This document shows, in pieces, positions 47,136 to 57,948 of a stretch of DNA of 64,000 nt; position 1 is the stretch's first letter; each line of letters opens with the position of its first letter. This DNA comes from a virus. The translations under genes were made by a program, and so were the position numbers. Below the pieces are notes generated by a model. The model saw only the letters and a program-made list of their open reading frames with translations, was not told the origin of the DNA and ran no database searches. The stretch covers positions 73,719-137,718 of the IMG/VR virus record IMGVR_UViG_2757320370_000007; one strand, 5' to 3'.

Positions 47136-48878
47136 ATGTCGAGTAGAAACTTCAGTAAAAAAAGCAGACAAGTAAATGATGGAGACTCACAAAATTTTGA
47201 TAGTTCTTTTAGTTACGATCCCGTTAATAAAGAATCTCTAGAATATGAGAACTGGGAAGAATATATTGCTTATTACAGACATTATATAGATGAATTTGCA
47301 GTTGATGTGTTAGGGTTAAAACTTTATCCATTTCAGAGACTCCTTCTTCGGGCTATGGCAAAGTATCAATACTCTATGCTCATATGTTGCAGAGGAATTG
47401 GTAAGTCTTGGATTGCAGCAGTTTTTTTCATATGTTCAGCAATTTTATATCCCGGAATTAAACTTGGAATCGCTTCTGGTAAGGGACAACAAGCTCGAAA
47501 TGTTATTATCCAGAAAATCAAAGGTGAGTTGGCTAAGAATGAGAATATAGCAAGAGAAATTCAGTTCCCAATCAAGGTTGGTTCAGATGATTGTGTAGCT
47601 AACTTTAAAAATGGTAGCGAAATACGTGCAATTGTATTAGGGAATGGACCTTCTGGTGACTCTGCTCGTTCATGGCGTTTTCACTATCTATTAGTTGATG
47701 AAGCAAGAATTGTTCCCGATGATATTATCGAAACAATACTAATACCAATGACTAAAACAAAAAGACCAATTGCAATCAATCATGGTGAGGCAGAAAAGGG
47801 TAAAGTTATTTTTATTTCTTCTGCCTATTTAAAAACATCAAGCCTATATAAGCGTTTTATGGATCATTATCAAAAAATGATAAATGGTAATAAAAACTAC
47901 TACGTTTGTACCCTACCCTATCAAGTTGGTGTTGATGCTGGGATATTGGACGAAGACGATATATTAAATGAACTTAATAAGCCAACCGTGACAAGAGATA
48001 AATTCGCCTATGAGTATGAGGGCAGATTTGTTGGTTCTAGCGGTGAAAGTTACTATCCTTATGAATTAACTCAGGATAGTAGAACGCTTGAGAAATGCGA
48101 ACTAGAGCAGCCAAAGAAATCTAAAACAGAATACATAGTTGTTCATGACGTTGCAACGAGTGACGCTACGACTGCCGATAATGCAGTTACTACTGTTATA
48201 AAGATCAAATATAAAATTAATGGTACATATTCTAAAGAAATCGTTTTTCTCAAAGCGCACAAAGGTTTGACCCTTCAAAAACAACGGGATTATTTAAGAG
48301 AAATGGTTCATATCAAATTCCCGAATACAGTAAAACTAGTTATAGACACCAGAGGAAATGGTGAAAATCTTCCTAATCTATTCTATGAGACATGGGAGCA
48401 TGAGGACGAAAAGACAAAACAAAAGTCTGAATACCCGCCACTAATAAAAGATGATGATGACAGTGCTAGAGGTTTAAGAGGCGCATTGCCAATGATACGA
48501 GCAGTAACAGCTACAAATCAATATAACAACACCATGTATACATATATGAAGAGTTGTTTTGAAGATGGTAGTTTAAGGCTACTTACACCATCAGAACAAG
48601 TAGATGCACTATATAAAATGGACGATCTGTCTCCAGAAGAGTTTGCCGTATATATAGAAACGGACAATCTCCAACAAGAACTTAGCAACATCAGACAGAT
48701 TGAAAGCAACGCTAAAAATATCGTTTATGAGCAAATAATGAATAGCACAAAAAGAGATAGAGTTACCAGTTTAGGATATGGCCTTCACTTTGTATACGAG
48801 ATGGAAATGGATAATAAATTGAACGCCCACAATGATGATGAATTCAACTTTTTAGACTATCTGTATATATCAGAATAA
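47136..48878 (+). CDS. Terminase large subunit
   Basis: LYPFQ, RGIGKS Walker A, VDEA Walker B, HDVA nuclease Asp, KRDR. Confidence 0.93.
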   Translation: MSSRNFSKKSRQVNDGDSQNFDSSFSYDPVNKESLEYENWEEYIAYYRHYIDEFAVDVLGLKLYPFQRLLLRAMAKYQYSMLICCRGIGKSWIAAVFFICSAILYPGIKLGIASGKGQQARNVIIQKIKGELAKNENIAREIQFPIKVGSDDCVANFKNGSEIRAIVLGNGPSGDSARSWRFHYLLVDEARIVPDDIIETILIPMTKTKRPIAINHGEAEKGKVIFISSAYLKTSSLYKRFMDHYQKMINGNKNYYVCTLPYQVGVDAGILDEDDILNELNKPTVTRDKFAYEYEGRFVGSSGESYYPYELTQDSRTLEKCELEQPKKSKTEYIVVHDVATSDATTADNAVTTVIKIKYKINGTYSKEIVFLKAHKGLTLQKQRDYLREMVHIKFPNTVKLVIDTRGNGENLPNLFYETWEHEDEKTKQKSEYPPLIKDDDDSARGLRGALPMIRAVTATNQYNNTMYTYMKSCFEDGSLRLLTPSEQVDALYKMDDLSPEEFAVYIETDNLQQELSNIRQIESNAKNIVYEQIMNSTKRDRVTSLGYGLHFVYEMEMDNKLNAHNDDEFNFLDYLYISE

Positions 48879-48923
48879 ACATATTAAGTCAAAAACCATT
48901 CTAAATAAGAAAGGATGTGAATC

Positions 48924-50501
48924 ATGACAAAAGCAACAAAGAAAACTACATCATTACCCACTACTTCCGATGAACAAACTATTACACCCTCAACTTCTCA
49001 ACCCATCGAACAAGTAAATGAAGAGTATGCGTTGCAATTTGCACAATCTATGGCAAGAGCTTATCAAAATTCTACCCTACTCTCTCCTCTTTGGCAGAAT
49101 GAATTACTTAAGAATCTCAATATGTCTCCTACTGTTTTTAGCAGAGATAAAATTGAAGAGTTAATTAAAAATCCACGAGCAAACGAAGATGCGCTCAAGG
49201 ATTTGGGACAGTACTTATACAATGCTGTGATGCAATTTAATCGGCTAGTAAATTATTATGCAACATTACTTACATTCGACCACTTTATTGTACATACAAA
49301 CGCCGATGATGAAGATGTAAAATCATCAGCGTATAAGAAGTCACGAAAGAAAGCTGTGGAATGTCTTGATAAAATTGTTCCCAAACTTACTTTTCCAAAC
49401 ATATTAAGAGGCGTAATTTTAGAGGATGCTAAATTTTATTATATACGTGAGTTTGGAGAGTCTATTGCTTTTCAGGAAATGCCATCAAAATATTGTAAGA
49501 TCGTGGATAAAACTGAGTATGGATACCAATATGCCTTCAATATGTATTATTTCTTGCAGTCTGGAGTCGATATTAATAGTTTTGCTCCCGAGTTCTTGGG
49601 GTTCTTAGAAGACTTTAAGAATGATAAAAATAAGAAGAATATACATCATTACTGGCAACCACTTGATCCCATCAAAGCTCCAGTATTTAAATTTGATGAA
49701 ACCAGAGCAGGATTAACCCCTCCCCTCATGGGATTGTTTTTGGATAGTGCTGAAATTGATCAGTACAAAAAACTACTAAAGACGAAAACAGAATTGGAAA
49801 CTTGGAAGATTATTGTTGGTAAGATTCCAATGAAGCAAGATAATAAGGGTGCAGTTGTTGCAAATAACTTTGCAATCGATCCCATTGTCGCAGGACAATA
49901 TACGGCTATTTTACAGGCAGGAGTACCTACTGGAGTCAAAGTTGCTACCACTCCATTTGAGCTAGACACCGTTGACTTCAGCCAGTCTCAATCACAGAAC
50001 AACATTATTGGATATGGTCAAGAAAACTTTTATAACAGCGCTGGTTCAACTCCTGTTCTTTTTGGTGCTGGTGCAGTCAATGCTTCTGGATTACAAGCAT
50101 CAATTAAAGTAGATGAAGCATACGTGACGCATATGTATAGACAATTCGAAAGATTTTTAAATGCTTATCTTAAATCAAAAACAGGAAGATTTAGATTCAA
50201 AGTTGTATTTCCAGATCTCACTATATTCAATAAAGATGAAAAATTTGAAAAATATCTTAAAGCAGGCCAATTTGGATTCTCTAAAACGTTAGTATCACTT
50301 GCGATGGGAATCAATGCCGAAGATATGCAAAACCTACTCTCTTATGAAAACAGTATTAATTTAGTAGAAAAATATCTATTGCCTCTTCAATCCAGTCATG
50401 TTCAGAATGGCGACGATGAAGGTGGAGCACCTAAATCGGCAGCAGCAGATGTTGGGGATGCTGGAGAAAAAACCAGAGATTTAGACGGTAACGCCAGATG
50501 A
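48924..50501 (+). CDS. Portal protein
   Basis: 525 aa directly after terminase; SPbeta YonE-like. Confidence 0.8.
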   Translation: MTKATKKTTSLPTTSDEQTITPSTSQPIEQVNEEYALQFAQSMARAYQNSTLLSPLWQNELLKNLNMSPTVFSRDKIEELIKNPRANEDALKDLGQYLYNAVMQFNRLVNYYATLLTFDHFIVHTNADDEDVKSSAYKKSRKKAVECLDKIVPKLTFPNILRGVILEDAKFYYIREFGESIAFQEMPSKYCKIVDKTEYGYQYAFNMYYFLQSGVDINSFAPEFLGFLEDFKNDKNKKNIHHYWQPLDPIKAPVFKFDETRAGLTPPLMGLFLDSAEIDQYKKLLKTKTELETWKIIVGKIPMKQDNKGAVVANNFAIDPIVAGQYTAILQAGVPTGVKVATTPFELDTVDFSQSQSQNNIIGYGQENFYNSAGSTPVLFGAGAVNASGLQASIKVDEAYVTHMYRQFERFLNAYLKSKTGRFRFKVVFPDLTIFNKDEKFEKYLKAGQFGFSKTLVSLAMGINAEDMQNLLSYENSINLVEKYLLPLQSSHVQNGDDEGGAPKSAAADVGDAGEKTRDLDGNAR

Positions 50502-50535
50502 TTGTGATGTATAGCTTCGCCGCTCTGCTAAGGAG

Positions 50536-52107
50536 GTGAGAAAAATAGAGAAAGAGCCGACAAACAAACGACTGTATTTTGAAGTTGAGAAATATGTGTT
50601 GGAGCCACTAGAAGATGGCAGATTCACACGTTTAAAGATGTACGTCACACATGACGGAATTAACAATAATAAATCGAATATTGATCTATCTGTACTTCAA
50701 AGCGAAATAACAGAATCATCTATTTTAGATATTCCCGTATTAGCTCATATATTAACCGAAGACGAAGACTTCGGAGAACATGAAATGGAATACGACGAAA
50801 TAGAAAAAAAGATAACCTACATTGAAAAGCCTATTGGATTAGTGTCTTCTAAAAATCACAACTATCATTATGAAGAAGTTGATGGAAGAACTTATGCTGT
50901 TGTTGATGGGTATATTTGGAATGTTTACTCTCAAGATGCTATTGATATCATAAATCGAGATGAAAATATCAAACTTTCAGTTGAACTTGTCATTGATGAG
51001 TCTATATATGACAAGAAAACTAAAATTTTAGATATTAAGAAGTTTCGTTACACAGGAATTACATTACTTGGCAAAAAGTATGGCACTGGCATGGTCAATG
51101 CCCATGCAGAACTAGAAAGGTTTTCAGAAACCGATGAGTTCTCTGATAAGATAGAAGAATTAAACACATTCTTAATGCGATTTTCTCAGAATAGTGAGCA
51201 AGAACCGGGCGATGAAAAGTCCAATCTTGAATCATATACATTAAGTAAAGAGGAGGATAAAGTAGTGTTGAAAAAAAAGCAAGAAATTGCTGCACTTTTT
51301 AAGTTGACAGTAAATCAATTGTATTCTGAACTAAGCCGCGCTATGTCTAAACATACATATATCGATAAAAATTGGTATGGCGAATCAGTGGAAAGAACCT
51401 GTTTTTGGTTGAATGATTATGACGAATCTTTTGTTTACTATGTTGATGTTAAAGATAATTACATGGATAAAAAGGCTCCATATTCATTGGATGGAGACAA
51501 CGTAAATGTCGATCTTGATAATTGCTCTAGAATTAAATACTCTCCTATTGATTGGGAAGACGGTATGAGTGATGAAGATAGTGAAACGAGCGCAACCAGA
51601 GAAATGATGTCTTCTTTAGAAACGGAGGCTTTAAGTAAACTTGAAGAGATTAAAGTGGAAAAAGAAACGATGACTACTGAGTTTACCGAAAAGATCACTG
51701 AAAAAGATGAGTCAATTATTGAGTTGGGTAAAACTATCGCTGAAATGGAATTGAAATTTACTACTTCTGAACAACTGTTAGTTGAAAAAGATGAAGCTAT
51801 TAGTTCTTTGACAAGCGAAATTGCTAAATATAAAGAAGAAGAAGATATTGAAAAAGTGGATAGTCTATTCGTAGAATATTCAGCTTTGATTACTGAAGAC
51901 GAAAAACGTGAATTGACTGAAAAAAGAGCGACTTTTTCAACCTTTAATGATTTTGAAAAAGAAGTGAAACTATTTCTCTATGATCGCATTGTCAAAAAAG
52001 CAAAAGAACACAAAATGAATTTTATTTCGATGGGGTTACCTATAGACAATGAAGCACCAGATGATAAAAAAACGCAATCACTGTGGGAACGTCTAGGAAA
52101 TAATTAA
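50536..52107 (+). CDS. Prohead protease/scaffold (YonD-like)
   Basis: LSVEL...F...GITLLG protease-like N-terminus; acidic coiled-coil C-terminus. Confidence 0.7.
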   Translation: MRKIEKEPTNKRLYFEVEKYVLEPLEDGRFTRLKMYVTHDGINNNKSNIDLSVLQSEITESSILDIPVLAHILTEDEDFGEHEMEYDEIEKKITYIEKPIGLVSSKNHNYHYEEVDGRTYAVVDGYIWNVYSQDAIDIINRDENIKLSVELVIDESIYDKKTKILDIKKFRYTGITLLGKKYGTGMVNAHAELERFSETDEFSDKIEELNTFLMRFSQNSEQEPGDEKSNLESYTLSKEEDKVVLKKKQEIAALFKLTVNQLYSELSRAMSKHTYIDKNWYGESVERTCFWLNDYDESFVYYVDVKDNYMDKKAPYSLDGDNVNVDLDNCSRIKYSPIDWEDGMSDEDSETSATREMMSSLETEALSKLEEIKVEKETMTTEFTEKITEKDESIIELGKTIAEMELKFTTSEQLLVEKDEAISSLTSEIAKYKEEEDIEKVDSLFVEYSALITEDEKRELTEKRATFSTFNDFEKEVKLFLYDRIVKKAKEHKMNFISMGLPIDNEAPDDKKTQSLWERLGNN

Positions 52108-52142
52108 GTAAAAATAATAATAAACAAAGGAGTTTTTATAAA

Positions 52143-52649
52143 ATGAGTGCTGTAATTAATCTCAATATCATGGCAGGTAACAAAGTAGATAGTTACCTTC
52201 AGTCTGTGCAACTTGCAGAAGCAGTAGAAAATGGTAGTTTTGTAGTTTTGGGGGGTGTGGTTGCTGGTAATCCAGAAGTTCGTGTCGCATCTACTCCAAC
52301 CGACGTAGCAACTCAAGAAGTATTATTGGTGGCATCTCCAGAACTGGTTGAAATCAATGGATACAGAATTGATATCTCTGATCCAACTTTGTTTACGAAC
52401 GCCGCAAATAAGCCAGCGCGCACGTATCATCTGCATATTGGCGATACTTTTACGCTTACCGATACTGGTATCACCGGAACTACTGTTGTTGATCAATTTG
52501 TAATTCCTCAGAACACTCTATACAAAGGTATTGCAAGTGCGACCATTGGTACTACCGTTGTGGCATGTCAAGTACTTGAGAAGACAACTATCTCTATTGG
52601 TCGCACTCGTCTTGCAGCAACAAAACTTCAAGTAGTAAAACAAGCCTAA
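52143..52649 (+). CDS. Head decoration protein
   Basis: ENGSFVVLG pattern; position before capsid gene. Confidence 0.6.
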   Translation: MSAVINLNIMAGNKVDSYLQSVQLAEAVENGSFVVLGGVVAGNPEVRVASTPTDVATQEVLLVASPELVEINGYRIDISDPTLFTNAANKPARTYHLHIGDTFTLTDTGITGTTVVDQFVIPQNTLYKGIASATIGTTVVACQVLEKTTISIGRTRLAATKLQVVKQA

Positions 52650-52677
52650 TTAGGACTTAAAGGAGGATATAAAAATA

Positions 52678-53793
52678 ATGTTTAAAAATTATAGCAATAT
52701 TAAATTTTTCAGTATGCCAAAAGAGCAACAAGATGTAGTTCAGGCGGGGGTAGAAGCTTGGTATCATTTCTGCCACCAAAACCGCAATAAAGATGGTCGT
52801 TTTAGTAAATATGCGCAATATGCAAATGATGGTGTTACTCTTGATCAGAAACAAGAGCTATTTACAAAGGGTCTTCAGAAAGAGGCATTGCGCTATGCTG
52901 GTATTCCTGCTGACACAAAATTCAGTGAAAGCATGATCCAGACTCACCCATCAGTTCAGTGGGCGACTTTCGCAATCGTTGCTCAAACTCTGGATATTAT
53001 TGTTCCTGAGACTGTACTCGATAGTTTCTATGACTTTGCCGAAGTGAAAAACGTGAATTGGGGCGATCAACTTTTGTTCCATGTAGAAAGTCCAGATCTG
53101 TTTGTTGTAAGTACAAAAGCAAACGGAATTCGTGGTAACCAACGTCAACGTCTGTTTGGTAAGGACTTTACTCTTACCCCTATCCGTCATACCGTTGAAA
53201 TCTACGAAGAATTGTACCGTGTTCTTGCTGGTAAAACAAACTGGGGCAACTGGGTTGCTCGTGTTGCACAGGCTATTGAAACAGACATTACTACTCGTAT
53301 CTATAGCGCAATCTATGATTCTTTCTCTTCTCTGAGCACTAGTTACAGAGAGTCTGCCGCATTCACTTCTACTGCTTTTAACAATCTCGTAGCTCGGGTA
53401 GCTGCTTCCAACAATAACAAAAATACTGTAGCCTTCGGTACTAAAAATGCCCTGTCTAAAGTCCTGCCAGAAAATCAATATATGCAATTTGGTATGGGTG
53501 CAGAATTCAACAGAAACGGACACTTGGGTAACTTCCAAGGCACTCAACTGTTTGAAATGGATCAAAAACTTAAAGCTAATTCCGATGATTTTGCTTTGGC
53601 TACCGACTTCATCCTTGTAGTTTCTGCTGGTTCCGACAAGATTGTTAAAATTGGATTCGAAGGAAACACTGAAGTACACCAAACCAAACCAGAGGATAAT
53701 GCAGATAGATCTATGAGTTATTCTGTAGCACAGCACTATGATGTTCAAATTGTAACAGCAGCCAACTATGGTATCTACAAGCTGACTACTTAA
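52678..53793 (+). CDS. Major capsid protein
   Basis: 371 aa, HK97-like size and position; followed by terminator. Confidence 0.8.
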   Translation: MFKNYSNIKFFSMPKEQQDVVQAGVEAWYHFCHQNRNKDGRFSKYAQYANDGVTLDQKQELFTKGLQKEALRYAGIPADTKFSESMIQTHPSVQWATFAIVAQTLDIIVPETVLDSFYDFAEVKNVNWGDQLLFHVESPDLFVVSTKANGIRGNQRQRLFGKDFTLTPIRHTVEIYEELYRVLAGKTNWGNWVARVAQAIETDITTRIYSAIYDSFSSLSTSYRESAAFTSTAFNNLVARVAASNNNKNTVAFGTKNALSKVLPENQYMQFGMGAEFNRNGHLGNFQGTQLFEMDQKLKANSDDFALATDFILVVSAGSDKIVKIGFEGNTEVHQTKPEDNADRSMSYSVAQHYDVQIVTAANYGIYKLTT

Positions 53794-53807
53794 TTTCTTT
53801 TTAAATA

Positions 53808-53835
53808 AAGGGTGGATTTTTTAGTCCATCCTTTT
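53808..53835 (+). terminator. Terminator after capsid gene
   Basis: GGGTGGAT-N-GTCCATCC plus T-tract. Confidence 0.65.
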
Positions 53836-53868
53836 CATACTACAAAATAAACTAAGGGAGAATCAAGA

Positions 53869-54543
53869 ATGGTTGTAAAAAAAGAAACAGCAAGTGATAA
53901 GAGTCCCGTTATTACAGTTGATAATGAGTCTTTAGCGAATCAGGTTTCAGACTTGGCAGCGTTGGTAAAATCATTGCTAGAACAAAATCAAAAGTTACAA
54001 GCTGAAAAAGAAGAACAAAAATCAGCAATCACAAAAATTGAAAACTCTCTTTATGAAACAGCGGAAGATAAATTAGATATTGATCCAAGAGAATACGTTA
54101 AGCTGATTTCTTTGACTGATGGAGGATTAAACTTAGCCACAAATACGACAGTTATTAGATTCAATGATTTTGGTGTAACCAAGAGCGTAACTTTTGAAGA
54201 CCTTAGAGCAATCGTCGATAATCATCCAACTTCCGCAAAAGAAGGAGCGTTTTTGATTCAGAACGAGAAGGCCGTAAAAGCTCTTTATCTAGAAGATGAA
54301 TATGAAAATATGCTCAATAAGGATCAGGTTGAAAGTATTATAACTTTGCCAATTCATGAGATTAAAAAGACTTTAGATACAGTTAGCGCAACTCTCAAGG
54401 AAACAATTGTCTCTCGTATTATCAAAGGGATTATGAGCGGAAACAGTAAATTTCAAGACCGTGGTAAGATTCTTGAAATTGGCAACCACATTAAAAAAGA
54501 CTTGTATAAAATTGTAACAGAAATCGAAGAAAATAATAAATAA
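53869..54543 (+). CDS. Hypothetical head-associated protein (YonA position)
   Basis: ORF track; synteny. Confidence 0.55.
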   Translation: MVVKKETASDKSPVITVDNESLANQVSDLAALVKSLLEQNQKLQAEKEEQKSAITKIENSLYETAEDKLDIDPREYVKLISLTDGGLNLATNTTVIRFNDFGVTKSVTFEDLRAIVDNHPTSAKEGAFLIQNEKAVKALYLEDEYENMLNKDQVESIITLPIHEIKKTLDTVSATLKETIVSRIIKGIMSGNSKFQDRGKILEIGNHIKKDLYKIVTEIEENNK

Positions 54544-54554
54544 GGGGTGAAAAA

Positions 54555-54983
54555 ATGCCTACCCCATTTTCAAAAATATTCGAACGATTCCAACAGAAAA
54601 TACAAGACTATACCATCGATCAAATCTATATGTCTTCGGTTGAAGCATATGAAAATTATCTGACTGGGTTCTTGAAATCTGGATTAGTTAAGTTTTTTCA
54701 TTGTAAACAAGACTTGTTAAGTCGCGACGATTCAACGAGAGAATTTGTAGTTGATTTGACGGAACTGGAGCAAGAGATATTAGGAAACCTAATGTTAGTT
54801 GAATGGCTTGAAAAAGAAGTGAATAATATCATGGAAATGAGACTAGCAATTTCGTCAGGTGATTTTAAGAGATATTCCGAGTCTCAGAATCTTAAAGAAA
54901 AAAGTAATCTCAGGGATAAGTCCCAAGAAAACGCAGATTATTTAATGATGCAGTATTATTTGAAACATATGGATGTGAGCTGA
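54555..54983 (+). CDS. Head-tail adaptor protein
   Basis: TPFSKIFERF...LTELEQEILG pattern; synteny. Confidence 0.6.
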   Translation: MPTPFSKIFERFQQKIQDYTIDQIYMSSVEAYENYLTGFLKSGLVKFFHCKQDLLSRDDSTREFVVDLTELEQEILGNLMLVEWLEKEVNNIMEMRLAISSGDFKRYSESQNLKEKSNLRDKSQENADYLMMQYYLKHMDVS

Positions 54984-54984
54984 A

Positions 54985-56196
54985 ATGTCCTATGAATCCT
55001 ATAACGCATTTCTTCTTGTAAATGGGATATCAAATCGCGATAAAAATATTACTCATGCTAAAAATAGCTTAAGTACAACATTTACTGATTCTCCGTCTTA
55101 CTACCCCGTTTCAATCAACTCTTCAACTGATTTCAAAGATGTGTGGATCGTTGATGACAGTGACACTAAAGATCAAAAGGTCATCACATCTCTAGATTAT
55201 GATTTACAAAACGGGGATATTGTTGATTGGCAGTCATCTAGATGGATTAATATTATTACGGATTATTTAGGAGACATTTACACGCGAGGAACCATAAAGC
55301 GTTGTGTTTCATTACTTAAATGGATTGATAATGCTGGAGATATTCAAGAAACGCCATTCGCTTTTAACTCTGAGTCCTCATCTAATTTTGGAGTAAATGA
55401 AGATCGTATAATAACTCTTTCCAATGAGCGTAGGAATATCATTCTCCAGAGCAACGAGCACACATACAAAGTTACGCGAGACAAGCGATTTATTTTTGAT
55501 GATCGAGTATGGAAAGTGACAGCACTGGACCGTATATCTAAAAAGGGATTAATTATTATCACTTTGCAAGAAGATGAAATTAATCCAGCCAAAGATAACC
55601 TTGAATTGGGAATTGCCGATTATTACGACAATGTAGCTCAATTTAGAGTTGAGATTATTAACGGTAAATTCGCAACAATTAAAGAAGATCAAACACTTCA
55701 GCTAAATATCATAGTAAAAAATCGCGATACCCCCCTTCCTTCCCTCCCCCACATTATATATTCTGTTAGTGACAATGAAATTATTGACATCACAACTGAT
55801 GGTCTTGTCACGCCTAAAAAAACAGGTCTCGTAGTTGTAAAAGTTTCATATAAGGATGTCTTTGCAGAAATCGAAATAAGTGTTACTGAATCTACCGCAT
55901 ATGCGTATACATGCGAAATCATAGGAGTAAGTGAAATCAAAAAAAACAGAACTCAATCATATTCTGTTAAATTTTACCGGAACGGTGTTGAATATCATGA
56001 CGATAGTGAGTTTTTATTGACTTCAGATGACGGAGTTTCAGAGACTGACCTAGCCACTATTTCTGTTCAAGATAGTTCTGCCAATACCTGTTCAATTTTT
56101 ACGGGTAATACTATCGGATACTTCTGGTTACATGTTAAAAATCAAAACGGACTTTCTGAGTCAAAATTAAGAATCAAAGTTAAGCCATTATATTAA
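54985..56196 (+). CDS. Head-closure/neck protein with Ig-like domain
   Basis: YSVSDNEIIDITTDGLVTPKKTG Big_2-like motif. Confidence 0.6.
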   Translation: MSYESYNAFLLVNGISNRDKNITHAKNSLSTTFTDSPSYYPVSINSSTDFKDVWIVDDSDTKDQKVITSLDYDLQNGDIVDWQSSRWINIITDYLGDIYTRGTIKRCVSLLKWIDNAGDIQETPFAFNSESSSNFGVNEDRIITLSNERRNIILQSNEHTYKVTRDKRFIFDDRVWKVTALDRISKKGLIIITLQEDEINPAKDNLELGIADYYDNVAQFRVEIINGKFATIKEDQTLQLNIIVKNRDTPLPSLPHIIYSVSDNEIIDITTDGLVTPKKTGLVVVKVSYKDVFAEIEISVTESTAYAYTCEIIGVSEIKKNRTQSYSVKFYRNGVEYHDDSEFLLTSDDGVSETDLATISVQDSSANTCSIFTGNTIGYFWLHVKNQNGLSESKLRIKVKPLY

Positions 56197-56208
56197 GGAG
56201 CGTGAAAC

Positions 56209-56721
56209 ATGGGTCAAGCAATTGTTCGTTTTGGAGAACTAAAAGTAGAATCATTTGTACAAGGCATTATAAACAACTGGCTTATCTATAGTTCTCTCCC
56301 CTATTCTAAGCAACATTCCAGTGGATTGGATGGAGACGTTTTGATTGGTGCAACACCAACGGTTGAGATCATTGATGCTGATTTGGACGTTACAATCAAT
56401 CCTAGTTATACATATGCTTATTCAATTGCAACAGATAATAAGCTGAAAATTGCATTTGATAAAGTAAAGCATCCCGATAAAGGCAGTGCGCTTGAAGCAT
56501 TAAAATGTATTAGTATTACATATGATTTGGGGCATTTAACTCCTAATGGTGGATTGTATATCTCTATCTTTCGTAACTCACTTGGAGAAGAAATTCATCG
56601 AACAACTCCAATGTCTTTGGCTCAATGTACGACTGTGATTTCTACATTCAATGATACTCGACAGGTTGATACAGGCGGATATTTAAAGTGCGAGGTAGTT
56701 CCAGACTTCGTTGTAAGTTGA
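56209..56721 (+). CDS. Hypothetical structural protein
   Basis: ORF track; position. Confidence 0.55.
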   Translation: MGQAIVRFGELKVESFVQGIINNWLIYSSLPYSKQHSSGLDGDVLIGATPTVEIIDADLDVTINPSYTYAYSIATDNKLKIAFDKVKHPDKGSALEALKCISITYDLGHLTPNGGLYISIFRNSLGEEIHRTTPMSLAQCTTVISTFNDTRQVDTGGYLKCEVVPDFVVS

Positions 56722-56740
56722 AGAAATGAGGCGAGTATAA

Positions 56741-57217
56741 TTGTCATTTCTCAAAGAGATAAGTGAATATAAGGACACTATTATAAATAGGTTGTTAAGC
56801 GACCAAGAACTGTGCAAGGCTGTGTATTATGCAGATGAAGGATTTCTTGAAAAACCTGATATTGATGATCTGGATAATCTTATTTATGAGAATATATTCC
56901 CTCATCGTTTTATTCCAGATACAACTGAAACCGCTAAAACATTTGTTACTATATCTTGCACCGATTACAGACCAACAGGAAATAGTTTTAAGAATGGTTT
57001 GTTGAACATCTATATGTTCACTCATCGAGACTTATTTAGGACAGACTACGGTTATACTCGCATGGATTTTATAATGACAAAGATTGAAGAACTGATGAAT
57101 AGTAAAAGAGGAATTGGATTAGGAGAATTGGGATTTGGTGGTCTAAATGAATATGTGGTTAACGAGAAATTTCAAGGATACGTGCTGAGCTATAGACCAG
57201 TAGATTTTAACAGATGA
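56741..57217 (+). CDS. Tail completion/terminator-like protein
   Basis: Position; RMDFIMTKIEELMN pattern. Confidence 0.55.
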   Translation: MSFLKEISEYKDTIINRLLSDQELCKAVYYADEGFLEKPDIDDLDNLIYENIFPHRFIPDTTETAKTFVTISCTDYRPTGNSFKNGLLNIYMFTHRDLFRTDYGYTRMDFIMTKIEELMNSKRGIGLGELGFGGLNEYVVNEKFQGYVLSYRPVDFNR

Positions 57218-57933
57218 TTGAAATTACTGAAGATATCGAATTAAAGCTACTGCTCGGAAAGCCAATCCTCGTAGATGGTATATTTGTCCACTCTCCTCTT
57301 TTAAAAACTGTAATTTTTCATGGGTATGAATCATACAATCACGCCCTCTCTTCTCTGCTTTTTGACAAAAACAGATTTCCTGATCTAAAGGATTTAGAAC
57401 AATCTAATACAGATCTCATGATTTACTTTTTCCAAAAAGATGATGTTTTCAGAGAGTCCTTAAAACTTGGGTCAAGGATTATATTTGGTAAAGATATTGT
57501 ATTAGACGTTGTTGAAAACGAAAGATATTTCCGAATTGGAAAACAGTTCGTTTCAGAAAACACGATTAATTCAATTCAGAAAGTAGTTAGATTTGCAAAT
57601 AAAGTGCCAGACAAGACGGAAGAGGAAGAATTTAATCCTGCAAATTCTAAAGCAGAAGAGTTCATTAAAAAAATAATGGGTGATAGAGCGAAGAAACCTA
57701 AAAAAAAACCTATTAATAATCTACATAGCCTCATATCGGGTTTGGCTTGGAAATCCAATAACTTATCCATATTAGATATAGAAAAGTTAACAATATACCA
57801 ATTTTATGATGGGTATTACAGATTAGAAAATATTGATCATTACAATAACATCATGATGGGTATTTATTCTGGGAACATAGACTCTACAAAAATAAAAATC
57901 CAAGAAAATACTTGGACTAAGATTATCACATAA
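57214..57933 (+). CDS. Tail assembly protein (YomV position)
   Basis: Synteny; LTIYQFYD motif. Confidence 0.5.
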   Translation: MIEITEDIELKLLLGKPILVDGIFVHSPLLKTVIFHGYESYNHALSSLLFDKNRFPDLKDLEQSNTDLMIYFFQKDDVFRESLKLGSRIIFGKDIVLDVVENERYFRIGKQFVSENTINSIQKVVRFANKVPDKTEEEEFNPANSKAEEFIKKIMGDRAKKPKKKPINNLHSLISGLAWKSNNLSILDIEKLTIYQFYDGYYRLENIDHYNNIMMGIYSGNIDSTKIKIQENTWTKIIT

Positions 57934-57948
57934 TGGAGGAATTATATA

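Noticed and set aside
39476-48878. Inteins or group I introns in the RNA polymerase and terminase
   Set aside because: Protein lengths match uninterrupted homologs; no splicing motifs or frame breaks seen
52951-53748. 265-aa ORF antisense to the capsid gene, and the many 60-130 aa antisense ORFs across the window
   Set aside because: No RBS, no family motifs, fully nested opposite well-supported genes
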